Assembly: GCA_965285935.1 (NCBI GenBank)
Contig: OZ260661.1
Coordinates: forward strand, 47,244,001-47,308,000
Length of the DNA stretch: 64,000 nt
DNA from: Ophelia neglecta
Taxonomy: Eukaryota
Direction of reading: 5' to 3'
Shown: piece after piece, positions 11,882 to 24,493 of the stretch
Layout of the letters: each line of letters begins with the position of its first letter
Numbering within the stretch: position 1 is the stretch's first letter
Program-made: the position numbers and the translations under genes
Notes under the pieces: model-generated
What the model saw: only the letters and a program-made list of their open reading frames with translations
Database searches by the model: none
What the model was told of the DNA's origin: nothing

Positions 11882-14800
11882 ATGCCGAGAAGCAGAAGCC
11901 GTTCTCCGAGAAGAGGTATTGTTTAAACAAATTATTAATTAAGTTATTTATTAAAAAGCAGTCTGATTTAACGTGATCAACACCAAGTGTAGTTACTGGA
12001 TCAAAAATGCACAGAAACGCAAGTGGTTTTGTGTGAATAGGCCACAACCTGGTTTAGGCTAGCCTCCTCAGAGCATTTACGACCGTCGATATTTTTGTCA
12101 GGCAGTGAGAGGGGTTTACACTGTTAGTTTTTCACGAATTTATAATACACAATCATGTATCACATTTCATACTAACTAGTAAGTTTAGTTGACTGCCTAT
12201 TATAACTATAATAGGTAGGCCTATTAAATGATAACTTACATAACAAGGAAAGAAATAAGCAGGCGCCCGTCGGCCGTGGACTTATCATTTTAGCTGCAGC
12301 CCTATCATAGAATTCTACCCACCATGCCCGGCGTGCCTGTGGGATAGTAGAAGTTCTTTCCCTGCCTAACTTGTTTTACTGCCTCATATAAATATAATAA
12401 GTAATACCGTATTATTGGGGATATAGGCGCATGCGCTCTCCAGGGTGCGCTTGTATTTGAATACAAGCGCATGCGCCTATAAGCGAGGCAGTTGTAAAAA
12501 CTCAGGCCGGCCAAGGAGGTCATTCAGGGATTTTGCCCGGAAAAGAAAATAGGTAAAGGGGAAAAGGGATACCTGCGACTTTTTTTTTGTTCATTATTTA
12601 TGGCCCTGAACAGTAAATTGCGGGATGACAGGGGCGTGTGTGTGCAATTGCGTATGTGCGGAGTGGTTTGTGTGTGTGCAGTTCTAAGGTAGGCCTAAAC
12701 ACTTACTCCAAAACACATTTTTAAATTTTGGGGTGTTGTTTTTCACAAGTCGCCGCACCACCTCCCCCCCTGCAATATATATTGGATATCCCTGAGATCT
12801 GGGAGGACCCCCCCTCCATGAAAAATGAGGATAATCTTCTGTCAGGTCATGTACTGTAATGTTAATCCCTTCCGTAGTCAGTGTCTAGCTGTGTATAGGG
12901 TGCATTTAGTGCAAAGTGCACAACTAATTCGAATATAGGTGCATGGTGCGCCTATATTCTAATAGAGGCACATGCGCTTATACGCAGGACACAAGTGTTT
13001 TTTCAGCGACATGAAAAAAGCGAAAATTCGCTTAGATGCGCATGTGCCTATATGCGCGTTAATACGGTATACATAACATGTTTACTACCTATTAGAATTA
13101 TAATTAAACCTATGAATAAAGACCACACAAGGGACTGAAAAATACTTATACTTTAATTATGGAGGTTGTTTAGACAGGTTATTGTTTTTTATTAAAAGCC
13201 TACAATGAGGTTTTCTGATTTATGATCTGCATTGACATGTGGTCGTTATATAGTGGTGGTCTTTAAGGCAGGTTTCACTGTATAATGAGTAATATACTAC
13301 ATACAGGGGTCTACACTAACTTTTCTCAGCACTTGCCCTGAGGGCAAGTAGCACCAGGATACTACTTGCCTGCACCATAGGCTTACTGTCCCAAAAATAT
13401 TTGTACATATAAAATATACAAGATCTCCAACAATCGGCGATTTGGGGAATTTTAACAAGTTGCCCGGCGGGAAGTTAGTAACTAAAACCTTTGTGCCCGC
13501 ATTCAGATTGGAGGTGCCCCGGGACGTCGGGCAATAGTTAGTGTATACCCCTGTACATAAAGTATTATGTGATGTGCTCCCAGGGGGCAAACTCTAAATC
13601 GAGGCCAAAATTTAAGGGGTCATGTTGGCATAATTTGTTTAATATGCACGTAGAATATGTATAGACAATTCCTTCATTTAATAGCACTGTACTGGTTCTT
13701 TTGGTCCAATTCCCAGCCGTTTTGGTTGTAGCAAATTCCAAGCCAGTTATGTTCAAAGAGGCTTAGAAATGAATGCCATTTATTGCAAGTTATTAAATCT
13801 TACGGAACCATATTGGTTCTTATATAACCCTATTTTGCCAACACCTGACCATACTTGGCGATCGTAACATAATGCACCACCAAAGCGTGGCCGAGTGGTT
13901 AGGGCGTCCACCTTGCAAGTGGGAGATTGGGGTTCGAACCGCGATCGCGTCAAACCTAAGACGTAAAAATAGGTACTAATAGCTCCCCTGCCAGGCGCCC
14001 GGTATTTCAGGGGTAGCATCAGGACTGGTCAACCTGGTGTCAGTATAATGTGACTGGGTGGGGTTCCCTGTCTGGTGCCTACGGCAGGTACTCCAGTGAG
14101 GCAGCCCTCTAAAGAGGGCATTTAGCCCACTGTCACAAGTAGGCACTGTGGCGATAAGATGTGCTGAAAGCCACCTAAAACCCCAAACAACGTAACATAA
14201 TGCAGTCCACTTAAATAATGAATTTATGCCTCCAGATCGCCGGCGTTCACGGTCAAGAGACAGGGAGAGAAAAAGAAAAGGTAATGGCAAAAACATAATG
14301 AAATCACATTCAAACCCCATTTTAAATTAATATAAGAATAACAAGACAATCATAGTAAGTAATTAGTGCTTAAGAATATTAATTTGATTCTTGTATGGGT
14401 ATTTCATTCGGCATCACCACAGATATCTATAAACAAATTTTGAAATAGAAAATTTATTACTTATTTGTTGAAACATTGGAATTTCTGAATATACCTTTTA
14501 ATCGTGGTTATTTAAATCAATAATTTAGGCTAAACTTACAATCATAAGGCTTTCAAACTGAACAATTTTACACTGTAACAAATTTTAGAGCTGCATTTTA
14601 TTCTGTCAAAGTGTCTGTTTGCCATGCAGGTACAAGATACAAATTATCGAAGTCACAAACTGCAGAATTCTTTGTCATTGAAAGTTTATTGAACCCACTG
14701 AGATGTCTTAGTCTCATTTACAAGATGCTTTATTTCAGAGCGACGAAGAAGTAGATCTCGCAGCCCGCTGCCTCTCAGAAAACGTTCTCGGTCACGCTCT

Positions 14801-17786
14801 CCCAGACGGAGGTCAAGGTATAATTATGTCATTAACTTCTAGTCATTCTTGAATAACAATCAAAAATCAAAAACATCAATATAAATAAATACAAATACCA
14901 TGTCTATCCAGCATCAAGCCTTAGTTTGATTAATGTTGCATTGTGGGCCTGTTCTTTATCCTATTTCCCTGCTTTCTGGCCTAAGAACCGTTATTTTATA
15001 GTCAACGAAGTTCCCTTCCAATAAAACTTTGCATTTATATGTAGATCTCCAGTGGGCCGACGACGGCCTATGGAGAAAGGCTCATACAGAGACCGCCTGG
15101 GCCCTAGGAATGATTATATAGATGATGATGATGATGATGATGATGTGATACTTGTAGAGGATCCTGATGAACATGGTATGTAACCTTCTTTGTGGCTGTG
15201 AACTTATCAATACCTGCATTCACATTGTGCTAATGTATATTCATTTTATTGACATAATATCTTTATGAAAGTGATATATTAGTTGGGAGAAAGACTTTCC
15301 AAAATTTTATTGATATTATGTCAACCCAGAATAATGATAAACTGTTTAAATTGGCTAAATACATTGTAAAAGTGTCTAAAATCAGAGAGGTAGCTTTGAG
15401 TTGTGAGATTAGTTCGAATATTAATATCATACACATTTGTTTTTGAATGTTGTATTTTTATTTGATGTATGTGAACCATGGGCCGAAGGCCTCAAAGTTC
15501 AATAAACTATTATTATCTAGTAAAATTCATATCAATATAGCAAAACTGGCACTAAACTTTAAAAAAAAAGGAGAGCTGGGTATATTGCCTTGATAACTGC
15601 TGCCTCAGTGGGTTGTTTTGGCTGTTACTAATAAATAGCTGGATTCACAGAAACCAATATGCTCCTATTTTTTATGATCATGCTACTTTTGCTTCTCAAG
15701 GTTAATATTTCAAATTTGGAGCTTGTTATCAAAATTTTGGAAATAGTACTACTATGCAGTGCAGTACAGTACAAATAACATAATGCCATAGCAAGTAGAA
15801 AGTGTTATTACATCTGTTTGTTCCTAGCTTATGCCTTACTTTTCCTTGAAAAAACAGAATTTATTTCCATGAATAAGTTGGAGAATTTGTAGCTATGATT
15901 TGACTTCAAGTTACAATTTTTGTAATACACCACTCACCCATTAAGATCTACACAACTGTAGGCCTGATACTTACAGAGATAGACCTTTCAAAATGGCCAT
16001 TAAACTGTTTTCCACATGAATTAATATGTGTGCCAATCGCTGAAATCTTTTAAATGGAAACTGAAAACTCACTGTTTTGGACTTGCTTTTGATTAAATGT
16101 AAATTTTGTTTGGGCATGGTTTAATTTAAAATAGTACATGTATTTTAGTTAATTTGGGGGCCTTTGCAGTCAGTATTGAGATTGTTCTTGATAAACGGAT
16201 ATACGTTATAAGTATATTTGGCTTTATATTGAATTTCCATTCTTTTAATAGGCAGGTTATTAATTGCAAAGGGAAAATACATTTTTAAAAATAATGTAAT
16301 ATGATTTTTATGACTCATATTGTAAACACTTATAAGCATTGTATGGGATAAGCTTTATATATTAAAACATACCCTAATAATTTCCTTTTCCTGATCACTA
16401 TTACCATATGAACAGTATGAATAGAGTGTGATCAGTCTTTTATGTCTTTCATAAAAGTGCATGGATAGATAATTATATTGATTATTGATTATTGTCACTT
16501 AAAAATAGGTTGATTTTTGTCTCATCAAAAAAACAAGAGTAGGTATTAGTAAATAGAATGAAATATCTAAAGGGAATGTTTGAATGATGGATCAGTTTGT
16601 ATGTATATGATAACAAGCTTGCACCTACAAAGATGCAACCTCTAGCAAATACTTAATTATAAGACATGACAGCACCTCAAGGACTCCAATGAGTGTTTAA
16701 TATTTCCCAGTGATCCTGCCAACACTAATCTAGGAAGATGAATATTTTATTGCTATATAAATATTTCTTTAAGCTATCCTGCATGCAGCCGGGTTACCAT
16801 TGCATCATTTTATTGTAAAGATAGCCCAGAATTAGGATATTCAACTGTAATAAACCTATCATTGAGCCTCAGTGAAATATGTACAAACACACTGAAACCA
16901 GATGGATTGTGGTATGATACAGTGACTTATATTTTCTTTGCAGAATCAAAATTTGGTGCTAGCCAGGAAGAATTTGATATGATGAAAATAATGGGGTTCT
17001 CTGATTTTGAGTCTACAAAGGTATGTCCTCATAAGCTGTGTCGTAATCAGACAGTAGGACTAATTGAACATTGTTTTAAAACCCCCTTGAGCAGTATTTT
17101 TTTGGTTGGTACTGGGAAATAACAGTTAAATATCATTTTGTATGAACTTATTGAACTATATTGCAATTTTGATCACCTGTGTGATACATAAACATTACCA
17201 ATAGATCTATTATATTGCTAAAACTTTTGGTGCATTTAAGAATTTGGACTAAATAATTTTTAATATGCTTAATATTCACATAAATAATGAGAAATGAAAT
17301 GTTCTTGTAGGGAAAGCATGTCGAAGGAAACGAGGAGGGTTCATCCTCAGTCAATCTTGTTCACAAAAGAAAATACAGGTTTGTTGAATATTAATATTAG
17401 TTTCAATTGTAAGCAGGAGTGTACAGTGGATCCCCTCATAAGAGACCACCAAAATAATTCTTATAAGAAGGGTGGTCTCTCATCAAGTGTTAAATATCAT
17501 GGCTGGTATAGCAATCTGTTTTGCAATTTTGGCAATTTTTTGTGGTCTTTCAACACTGAAGTTTACTTTTGAAGAAAATTTTTGTTGTACTAATATTTAG
17601 TGGAAATAGTATTGCAATTTTTTTATGTATAATAGTTCTTTAATGTGTTTGGAGGTAATATATCAGTCAGTAAGCTTGTCAACATTCATAAGCAACATTT
17701 TTAACCTTTCTATAATTATTCTTTTTTGCAGACAATACATGAACAGGAAAGGAGGTTTCAATAGACCACTAGATTTTATTGCCTGA
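11882..17786 (+). CDS. SNRNP27: U4/U6.U5 tri-snRNP 27 kDa protein, 7 coding exons
   Basis: Exons 11882-11915, 14236-14280, 14739-14817, 15045-15175, 16944-17020, 17311-17378, 17732-17786 with consistent phases. RS-rich N-terminus [11 protein letters not shown] and the diagnostic C-terminus [18 protein letters not shown]...[22 protein letters not shown]. Confidence 0.95.
12407..13067. mobile_element. Non-autonomous Tc1/mariner-pogo-like element, TIR CCGTATTA, TA TSD
   Basis: TA-CCGTATTA..ATATAGGCGCATGCGC at the left and GCGCATGTGCCTATAT..TAATACGG-TA at the right, with repeated subterminal TATAGGCGCATGCG motifs. Confidence 0.8.
13101..13280. mobile_element. Degenerate copy of the CAGTGAAACCTG MITE
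   Basis: Internal AAGACCAC..AAGGGACTG motif and an intact right TIR GGCAGGTTTCACTG-TA. Confidence 0.7.
13304..13553. mobile_element. 250-bp MITE with TIR CAGGGGTCTACACTAACT (hAT-like CAGGG ends)
   Basis: CAGGGGTCTACACTAACT...AGTTAGTGTATACCCCTG flanked by TACATA on both sides. A second, inverted copy lies at 62071-63028. Confidence 0.85.
13877..14190 (+). mobile_element. tRNA-derived SINE with Meta/MESC-like core
   Basis: A box TGGCCGAGTGG (13888-13898), B box GGTTCGAACC (13931-13940), anticodon-like arm CCAC-CTTGCAA-GTGG, core GGACTGGTCAACCTGGTGTCAGTATAATGTGACTGGGTGGG and a CAAACAA tail. Perfect 14-bp TSD CGTAACATAATGCA at 13863-13876 and 14191-14204. Confidence 0.9.
15440..15517 (+). mobile_element. 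Probable 3' end of a truncated LINE
   Basis: Hairpin GGCC-GAA-GGCC followed by AATAAA and a short (ATT)n tail. Confidence 0.4.
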
Positions 17787-20296
17787 TTTTTATTCATTTT
17801 CCATAAAAAAAATTCCCTAATCAATCCTTTGATTACGCTTTAGTAAACAGTGTCAGCACCTTGTGAAGTCATAAATGTTTCAAAGTACTTCTGATTTTAT
17901 TCCTTTTCATTGTTGTCAAAGGTTTGATTTTAATAGACTATTAAAAAATGAAAATAATATCTGCAGAATGTACTAGTATTTGTATGTTATATTGTTGTTG
18001 GGTATTTTTCATGGGTATCCAGTAAGCTTGCCCCCAACTCTTGATGTATTATTTGATAACATTACTCTATCTGTCTATTAAATATATTAATAAATGTGTA
18101 TTATCAAACTTACATTGTGACTTGTGATAATTATTTTATTTTAACCAGTTATTAAAAAAAAGTCAAGATAAGCAATTCATTTAGCTTTTATCTTTATAGT
18201 AAACTTTGTTCTGCCGTCAGATGTCACCTTAAAAATGTCAAATCCATGTATCTATGCTTGGAGAGATTTTAACTGCTATGTCGTGATGATCAACATGACC
18301 CATTGGATACGACTTTCAATTCATTGGGGGGTTACCACATAGGATAATCAATTTGCACTTTGATTTGCCCACACTAGTGTCAGGAAAATAAATTTCAGCA
18401 GATCCCACAAAATAAAGTGTTACTCTGGCATTGGTCTGAATGCTGTTTAAAGTTAATGTTTGCATTGAATGCATTATTGTGAGTGATCACACCAGTCCCA
18501 GTGTTATTGTGGAAAGTATTGGAATTTGTTTGAAAAACGAAAACCTTGGATTACAACAAAATAAATGATTCTGCCTTCCCAAACTAATTTTCAAAAACAA
18601 TCATTGTTAAGATGTTTGCACATTTTGCATGTTAGGTTTTTAGTAGCTTTTAAATTTAAAGGATGCACTAATTAAAATGTGTGTCGCAGTGGGCTGGTGG
18701 TATCATAGAGTCAGCAGAGTTTAGATAGAAAGGGGAGGGCCTAGGGGGCAACCTACCCAAATTTTTGATAAGAAAACTCAAATTGAGTGGGTCATTCTTC
18801 TAGCAATGCCACTGAAAGTCACCCTATCATATAGCAAAGTATTAAAATGAGGGTCTTTAGTGAAGCATTTAAAAAGGAAAAGCATTTAAAAAGGAAAAAC
18901 AAACTATGTTGAGCTTTACAAATGCTCTATATAAAGAATTTTTGAAGAAATTTCTTGTAATTCATGAATATTTACCAATCATTGTTAAAGGCACTTCATA
19001 TATATTTATTATGAAACAATTACAACTTGGACAACCCCTTTTTAAGCAAGGGGATTAATTCTGGAATCACAATATGACATTGACCCTTTTCATATTGGTA
19101 ATAAACTCCCTACTGCAAAGCCATGCTAATGACCAAGTAATTGCCCCTCCTCCCCCCCCCCCCCACACACACCCACTTAGTGAACACTTTTTTTAAAATA
19201 TAGGGCACAGCTAACAGCTCTACTCAACCAAGAGATGCAGGTAAGTAAAAGGATAAATTTGCAGGACTAATTCCTTAAGTATTTCCATATAATTATTGAT
19301 ATCTGATTAATAAAGATGCTTCCATAAATTAAGCAAGCTAAGGTTATAATAGACAGTACAATGAATTTAATGAGGCAAGCACGCAGGTTCAACACACATG
19401 TTTATTTGATCGTCTGTGAAAATACATACATATTATATTTACGGGATCCGACAAAATCTCCAGTGATGAATATAGATAAATATTAATTGTTCATTTGACC
19501 ATACAGGTTTTGGCCCTTATCTTGCATACATGGCAAATTATCAATGAAATAATTTTGTTTTAAACTTTACATGGCATAATGAGAGATCAGAACAGAGATG
19601 GCCATGCATACAAATTATTTAAACTTCTAATAATGCCCTACATGGCGTGGGCACTTGTAAAGAATGTGGTAAACCCATATTTCAAGCATAATGTTTTATT
19701 GTGTTTTACAGATACTTAAAAAACACCAACAAGTATGTTTTATTTTACTGGTCACAAACTAGTTTACTGGTAATCGAATGTCTCACAACAAACCTACGCA
19801 TGGATAGGGTCCCCCCCTCTTTTCAAGGTGGCAGCAACTATGGTTGAAGGTGATTACATTTAGCTCAACCAGCCCTACAAAGGCCAGAAATTCTTTGCAT
19901 GTTTTAGCCAGTGACTTGCACTATGGGTTGGATGAAAGTCTACATGGCATTGATAGACAAATACAGTGTTTTGCGAGTCACAAGGTTGTACCAAAGATTA
20001 GCTTAATACAGCTAATTTCAAAATTATATAATACAAGAACTCGAGCATAATCTACACCTTACCTATTTATAAATATGTACACATTATGATTGAATCACAT
20101 AAAAATCTCAAGCACCATGCCTATATTTAATCAGTGTTGGTTGGTAGGCAGTCCATTTGACTTTTACCTAGATTTTGCCACAGTCTATAAAGCTATTAAG
20201 GTCACATTTACTGTATAATGCAGACTCTTCAGTTTTCATCAGTCTGCGACGGTCCATATCCTATTTATACTTCAGTATAATCTGTTTCATGCTAAA

Positions 20297-23200
20297 TTAT
20301 CCTAACAAAGGGACCTTATCCTTCTGGTTGACATTACGGTGTCTGTTTGGTTGAATACTAGGGTCTATGTCACTGAATCCCACAGGTTTAGGTGGGGTAC
20401 CAGGCATATGGGTTGGTGGCTCTGGCAGCAGTACACCTTCAGAACCTAGATGGAAAACACGTAATGCTCAAGTCAAAGTGAGTAACAGATTATTAGGTGT
20501 TTAAACATTTTATAGATCGAGCATTGTAATAATAACATTTACTTAGTGTTAGAGATGTGAGATATTGTTTATATAGATAAATGGTGATCTAACCTGCTTC
20601 CTTGCTCGAGTCATCAACCAGCTTCATGCTACAAAAGGCATCGACTAATTCCTGGCGAGGATGTCCTGATGGTGGGTTGGGTAGCCTGGAGGCATTGTCC
20701 CCAGCCATTAGCTCATCAAGTTCCCTTTCTAAGTCCTCAGGTGACACCTCTTCATCACCCATGGGATTCTGGGCTATGCTCTCATCAAGGTTTGATTGGA
20801 TGTCATATGCCTGGCATAGATGTACAGATATAGCGGCATATAGGAAAAGATCCAGTTAAAATACACAGACTTTAGTCATGCGAATGTAAGAGAAGGGAGG
20901 GGGGGGGGAGGGAGGGAGAGGGAGCATTGTATAGCACAGCTGTGCTGAATAAAAATACAACCATGCTGGTCTCTAGAACTATGCCAAGTTTTTGAGGCTT
21001 TCAGACTGCATAATGCCGTCCAGATAGACTCCATGGTATAGACTCTCAATGCCTTATGGTGTATAAAAACTAGACTGATCTATGTTATACAAAGTATTTC
21101 TGATTATGGTGAGGTAGATTAAGGCCCTACATACTTCTTGAACATTATCCATGACCTCATCAATCATGTCAGCTGTCAGACCATATCTCTGTCTGATGTC
21201 CTTGAAAGCCTCAACACCTGATGAATAGGCATCCATTATCTGAAGTGAAAGGAAAAATATGATATAAAGCATTACCCGTTCAGTAGAGTACCAAACTTAA
21301 ACATGCATTTAGAAACGCATGCCTACCACCCATTAAATGGGATGGTAAACATGTCTGCCATTCGGTCTATTAAGGATACAGGATTAATCATTCCTAAAAT
21401 GAACAGATTTAATATACAGAATGGGGCAGGCCAATTATTTAATTTACCCAATTTATTGAAATTTATTTGAAAAATAATGTAGAATGGTCTTGCCTTTTTG
21501 TTACTTTCTGCTTGCTGTATCATTGCTAACATATGTCTGATATTTTCCAAAGCCTCCTCCTTGTTGTTTTTCCAAGCCTCAGTTTTCTTCTTCCTTTTTA
21601 AGCAGTTTTTGGCCTAAAAAAAATAGAGACCAAAATATTAGACCAATTAAGTTTTCAATTTCAGATTTACTTATGAAATTACAAAGAAATCCAATTATCT
21701 GATGTGGCTTTTATTATCAGGCCATTAAGCGAAATAACTAAAAACATAATAAAATTAATTGATAACTCACTGCTATTTTCTCTCCTTTGCTCAAATGCAT
21801 CTTTGCTTCCCTCCGTATCCTATTACATAACAGTTATGTTGTTAATAATGGAAACTAAATCATTGGCCCTAAACATTGATATATATTTCAATGTTCAGGA
21901 CTATATATATTAATAAGTGAAGTTCTGATTCAAAGTGTTGACAAAAAAATTCAAAATACTAACTTTTCCATTTCTTGAGAAAGTTGAGATATGTGACTTA
22001 GAAGTTGTTGCTCTGCAGTCTTTAACCTATAATCATTAAAACATAAATATTAATCGAGGCTGTATCCCTTATCTAAATGGTGCTGAAAGATTACATGAAA
22101 TAGCATACCCAGTTTAATATTCTCTTGAACATTAAGAAAGATAAAGCAAGGCAAAATGATCCAAAACATCTGTTGCCCTATTTCTCAGAATATAGTACAT
22201 TTTCATGCAACATACTTGTAGATTTTCATGTCTGCTTCTGACAACATTTTGGATTGGAATGGAGACTGCACATTTCTTCTTGCAAATGTTAGTACCTGAA
22301 ACCATATGTAAAAAAAACTTTCATAAAATGGTTACCAGTATACACACAATTATTGCAATACAGCTTATGCCACAATGTTTGGTTATGCTTTTCAATGTCC
22401 GTTCAAGGGACCAACATATCAATTAGTGGATGTACCACTGATTGATGGTACCCCATATATACAATATACCCAAGTATTCCTACTTTAAACTAATTAAGCC
22501 ATAGCCATATTCAAAGCAACTCAAATACTCAGAATAGAACATTTTTGCAAGCAAGACATTGCTTGAAAGCCACCTTTATAAAAATGGCTTATATTTTATC
22601 TATACCCCATATGCAAGCTGGAGGAGTTAATTTCTTTGCCTAAGACATTTTTGCCAATTTGAGAAGTTAAAAAACCCATAATTTCAACACTGTGGCAACT
22701 CTTACCTTTTCTTTGTTTTCTGTCACTGTTAATTTACATTTGTTATTGGTACAAAGGTATAGTATTGCTAAATGAAAACTGGTTTCATCCTGGGTGATGT
22801 CTTGGCAATCTTGTCGATGTTGGTCATATGACACCATGCTGTCTGTCACCTCAGATTTCACTGCCTGACTGTGCTTTCGCACAATTTCTTCAGAAAATTG
22901 CTACGAAGAAAAAAAAATGGCTTGAGTGCTCACCCATCTACGTATATATCAATCAAAAACACTCACTTAGGCATCGGTTTAGGTGTTCTCAAAATATGTT
23001 TCAGTTGAACATATATGAAATTGCAAGTAAATAAGAGCATCTACAACAAACATGAACAAAAATATTCCTTACTTTTATCTGGTCCATGAACACATACTTT
23101 GTGGCAGGCTGGTTACTGTTTCCAGTTCCAAACACTGACCTATATGCCCAAGACAGAGGTTTTGTCACAAGATACCCTACCGCCCATCCTACAGGCTTCT

Positions 23201-24175
23201 TGACTAATAATCCAAATGTCCAAGACAGCCAGGTAGAATTCATTCCTGAACAAAAGTCTTCAATCCTTTTTACTTTTCCCAACCTATAATAAAATTTGAA
23301 ATACTTAATTGCATATATACACATATTACTGCAGAACTGTTTAATGTCTTTGCAGGAATTTGAGTGAATTTGGCTTTCACCACAGGCAATAGATGGGAAG
23401 TACCATAGCTCTGTGGTCCCCAATTACAGGTAAGATGGTATAAAGAGCAAACTAGTATGACATTTAATAGAAGTGGAATCGAAACCCAAGGGGGTTGCCT
23501 TGGCAGGTCCGAAAGGACTGGGGGGTACGGGGAGCTGATCTTGTTTGTAGGAAAATTAAGGGATGCTTATCTTGTTGTATTGTAAGACCTTGAAGAGCTA
23601 CTTCATATGGTTTTTGGGTCATTTATATAGAAATAGAGTGTAATTGCTGTCACCAGCTGTGAAACTGCCAGAAAAACTACGGTAAAATATGAAATATTGC
23701 CACTGTAACTCAAAAACAGGACCTGATACTAAGGAGTCCTCTAATTTAGGAGTTAGGACCCACTAAAAGCGGGCACTTGAAAAAAGGGGGTTCCCTCCCA
23801 GGTCACATACCCGTACTACTCATACTGTCATACATTTACATATACATTAGGTACCTCCCCCCGGGGAATGGACCCTGAGACGTTTTCTTTGCCGATTTTG
23901 AATGAAACTAAAAGTTACATTATGAGATCCTCCATAATCACGTCTAGACAAACAGGAACTTTCCCATTCCTTTCGAAACACTTTGGAAGCGTCTTTGAAT
24001 CGATGACAGCTGTCTTATTATGCTTGCAATACTGAAAAATCATGTCTTTCCAGAATTTCATTTTACCGTCCCATGAACTGGGATTTAAGTCCCTGTTTTC
24101 TCTGAATGGGGAGAAAAGGACATCCATAGTCTGGTTGTCATCCCATTCCGAAGGATAGAAATCCTGCCTGGCCAT
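20297..24175 (-). CDS. CHMP7: Charged multivesicular body protein 7 (ESCRT-II/III hybrid), 10 coding exons
   Basis: Minus-strand exons 24175-23919, 23283-23073, 22900-22706, 22295-22216, 22026-21964, 21819-21771, 21613-21494, 21239-21135, 20810-20594, 20445-20297. N-terminal WDDNQTMDVLFSPFRENRDLNPSSWDGKMKFW, membrane-binding WLSWTFGLLVKKPVGW, Snf7 core (AKNCLKRKK...IQQAESNKKIMDAY, DLERELDEL) and MIM2-like LPEPPT. Confidence 0.93.
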
Positions 24176-24493
24176 GTTGCTTTAATTTGCCTTTCCTTGT
24201 ATAAAGTCAATATCTATTTAGGTTTGTGGAACGTCCAGAGTCCCGCTTGTGGATAACAATGTTTTAATAATACACGCATTATAACGTGTGAACAGTAGTC
24301 TCAAACGAACCGTCTCAAACGACCGGATACCAAATATTTTGCGCATGTCACAAGCCTCGTTTCTGAAACGGAAATGACTAAAATAAGGAGGTGACATAAA
24401 AAACAAAGTGTAGAAGATGTGACATCCGTATTAAAAATAATGATTGTAACAGTGTGGACGTCGTTAAGTTCTTGATAGCGATAAAGCTTAGGA
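24176..24493. promoter_or_regulatory. Bidirectional promoter / 5' UTR region shared by CHMP7 and ZFYVE28
   Basis: Divergent ATGs at 24175 (-) and 24494 (+) are separated by only 318 bp. The region is locally CpG-rich against CpG-poor gene bodies. Confidence 0.75.

Noticed and set aside
13297-13590. Near-identical peptides in ORFs 13297-13590 and 62025-62240 suggesting a duplicated small gene
   Set aside because: Both are chance translations of the same 250-bp MITE.
13877-13950. Functional tRNA-Ala gene
   Set aside because: There is no convincing acceptor stem or Pol III terminator. The sequence continues into a SINE core and is bounded by a TSD.
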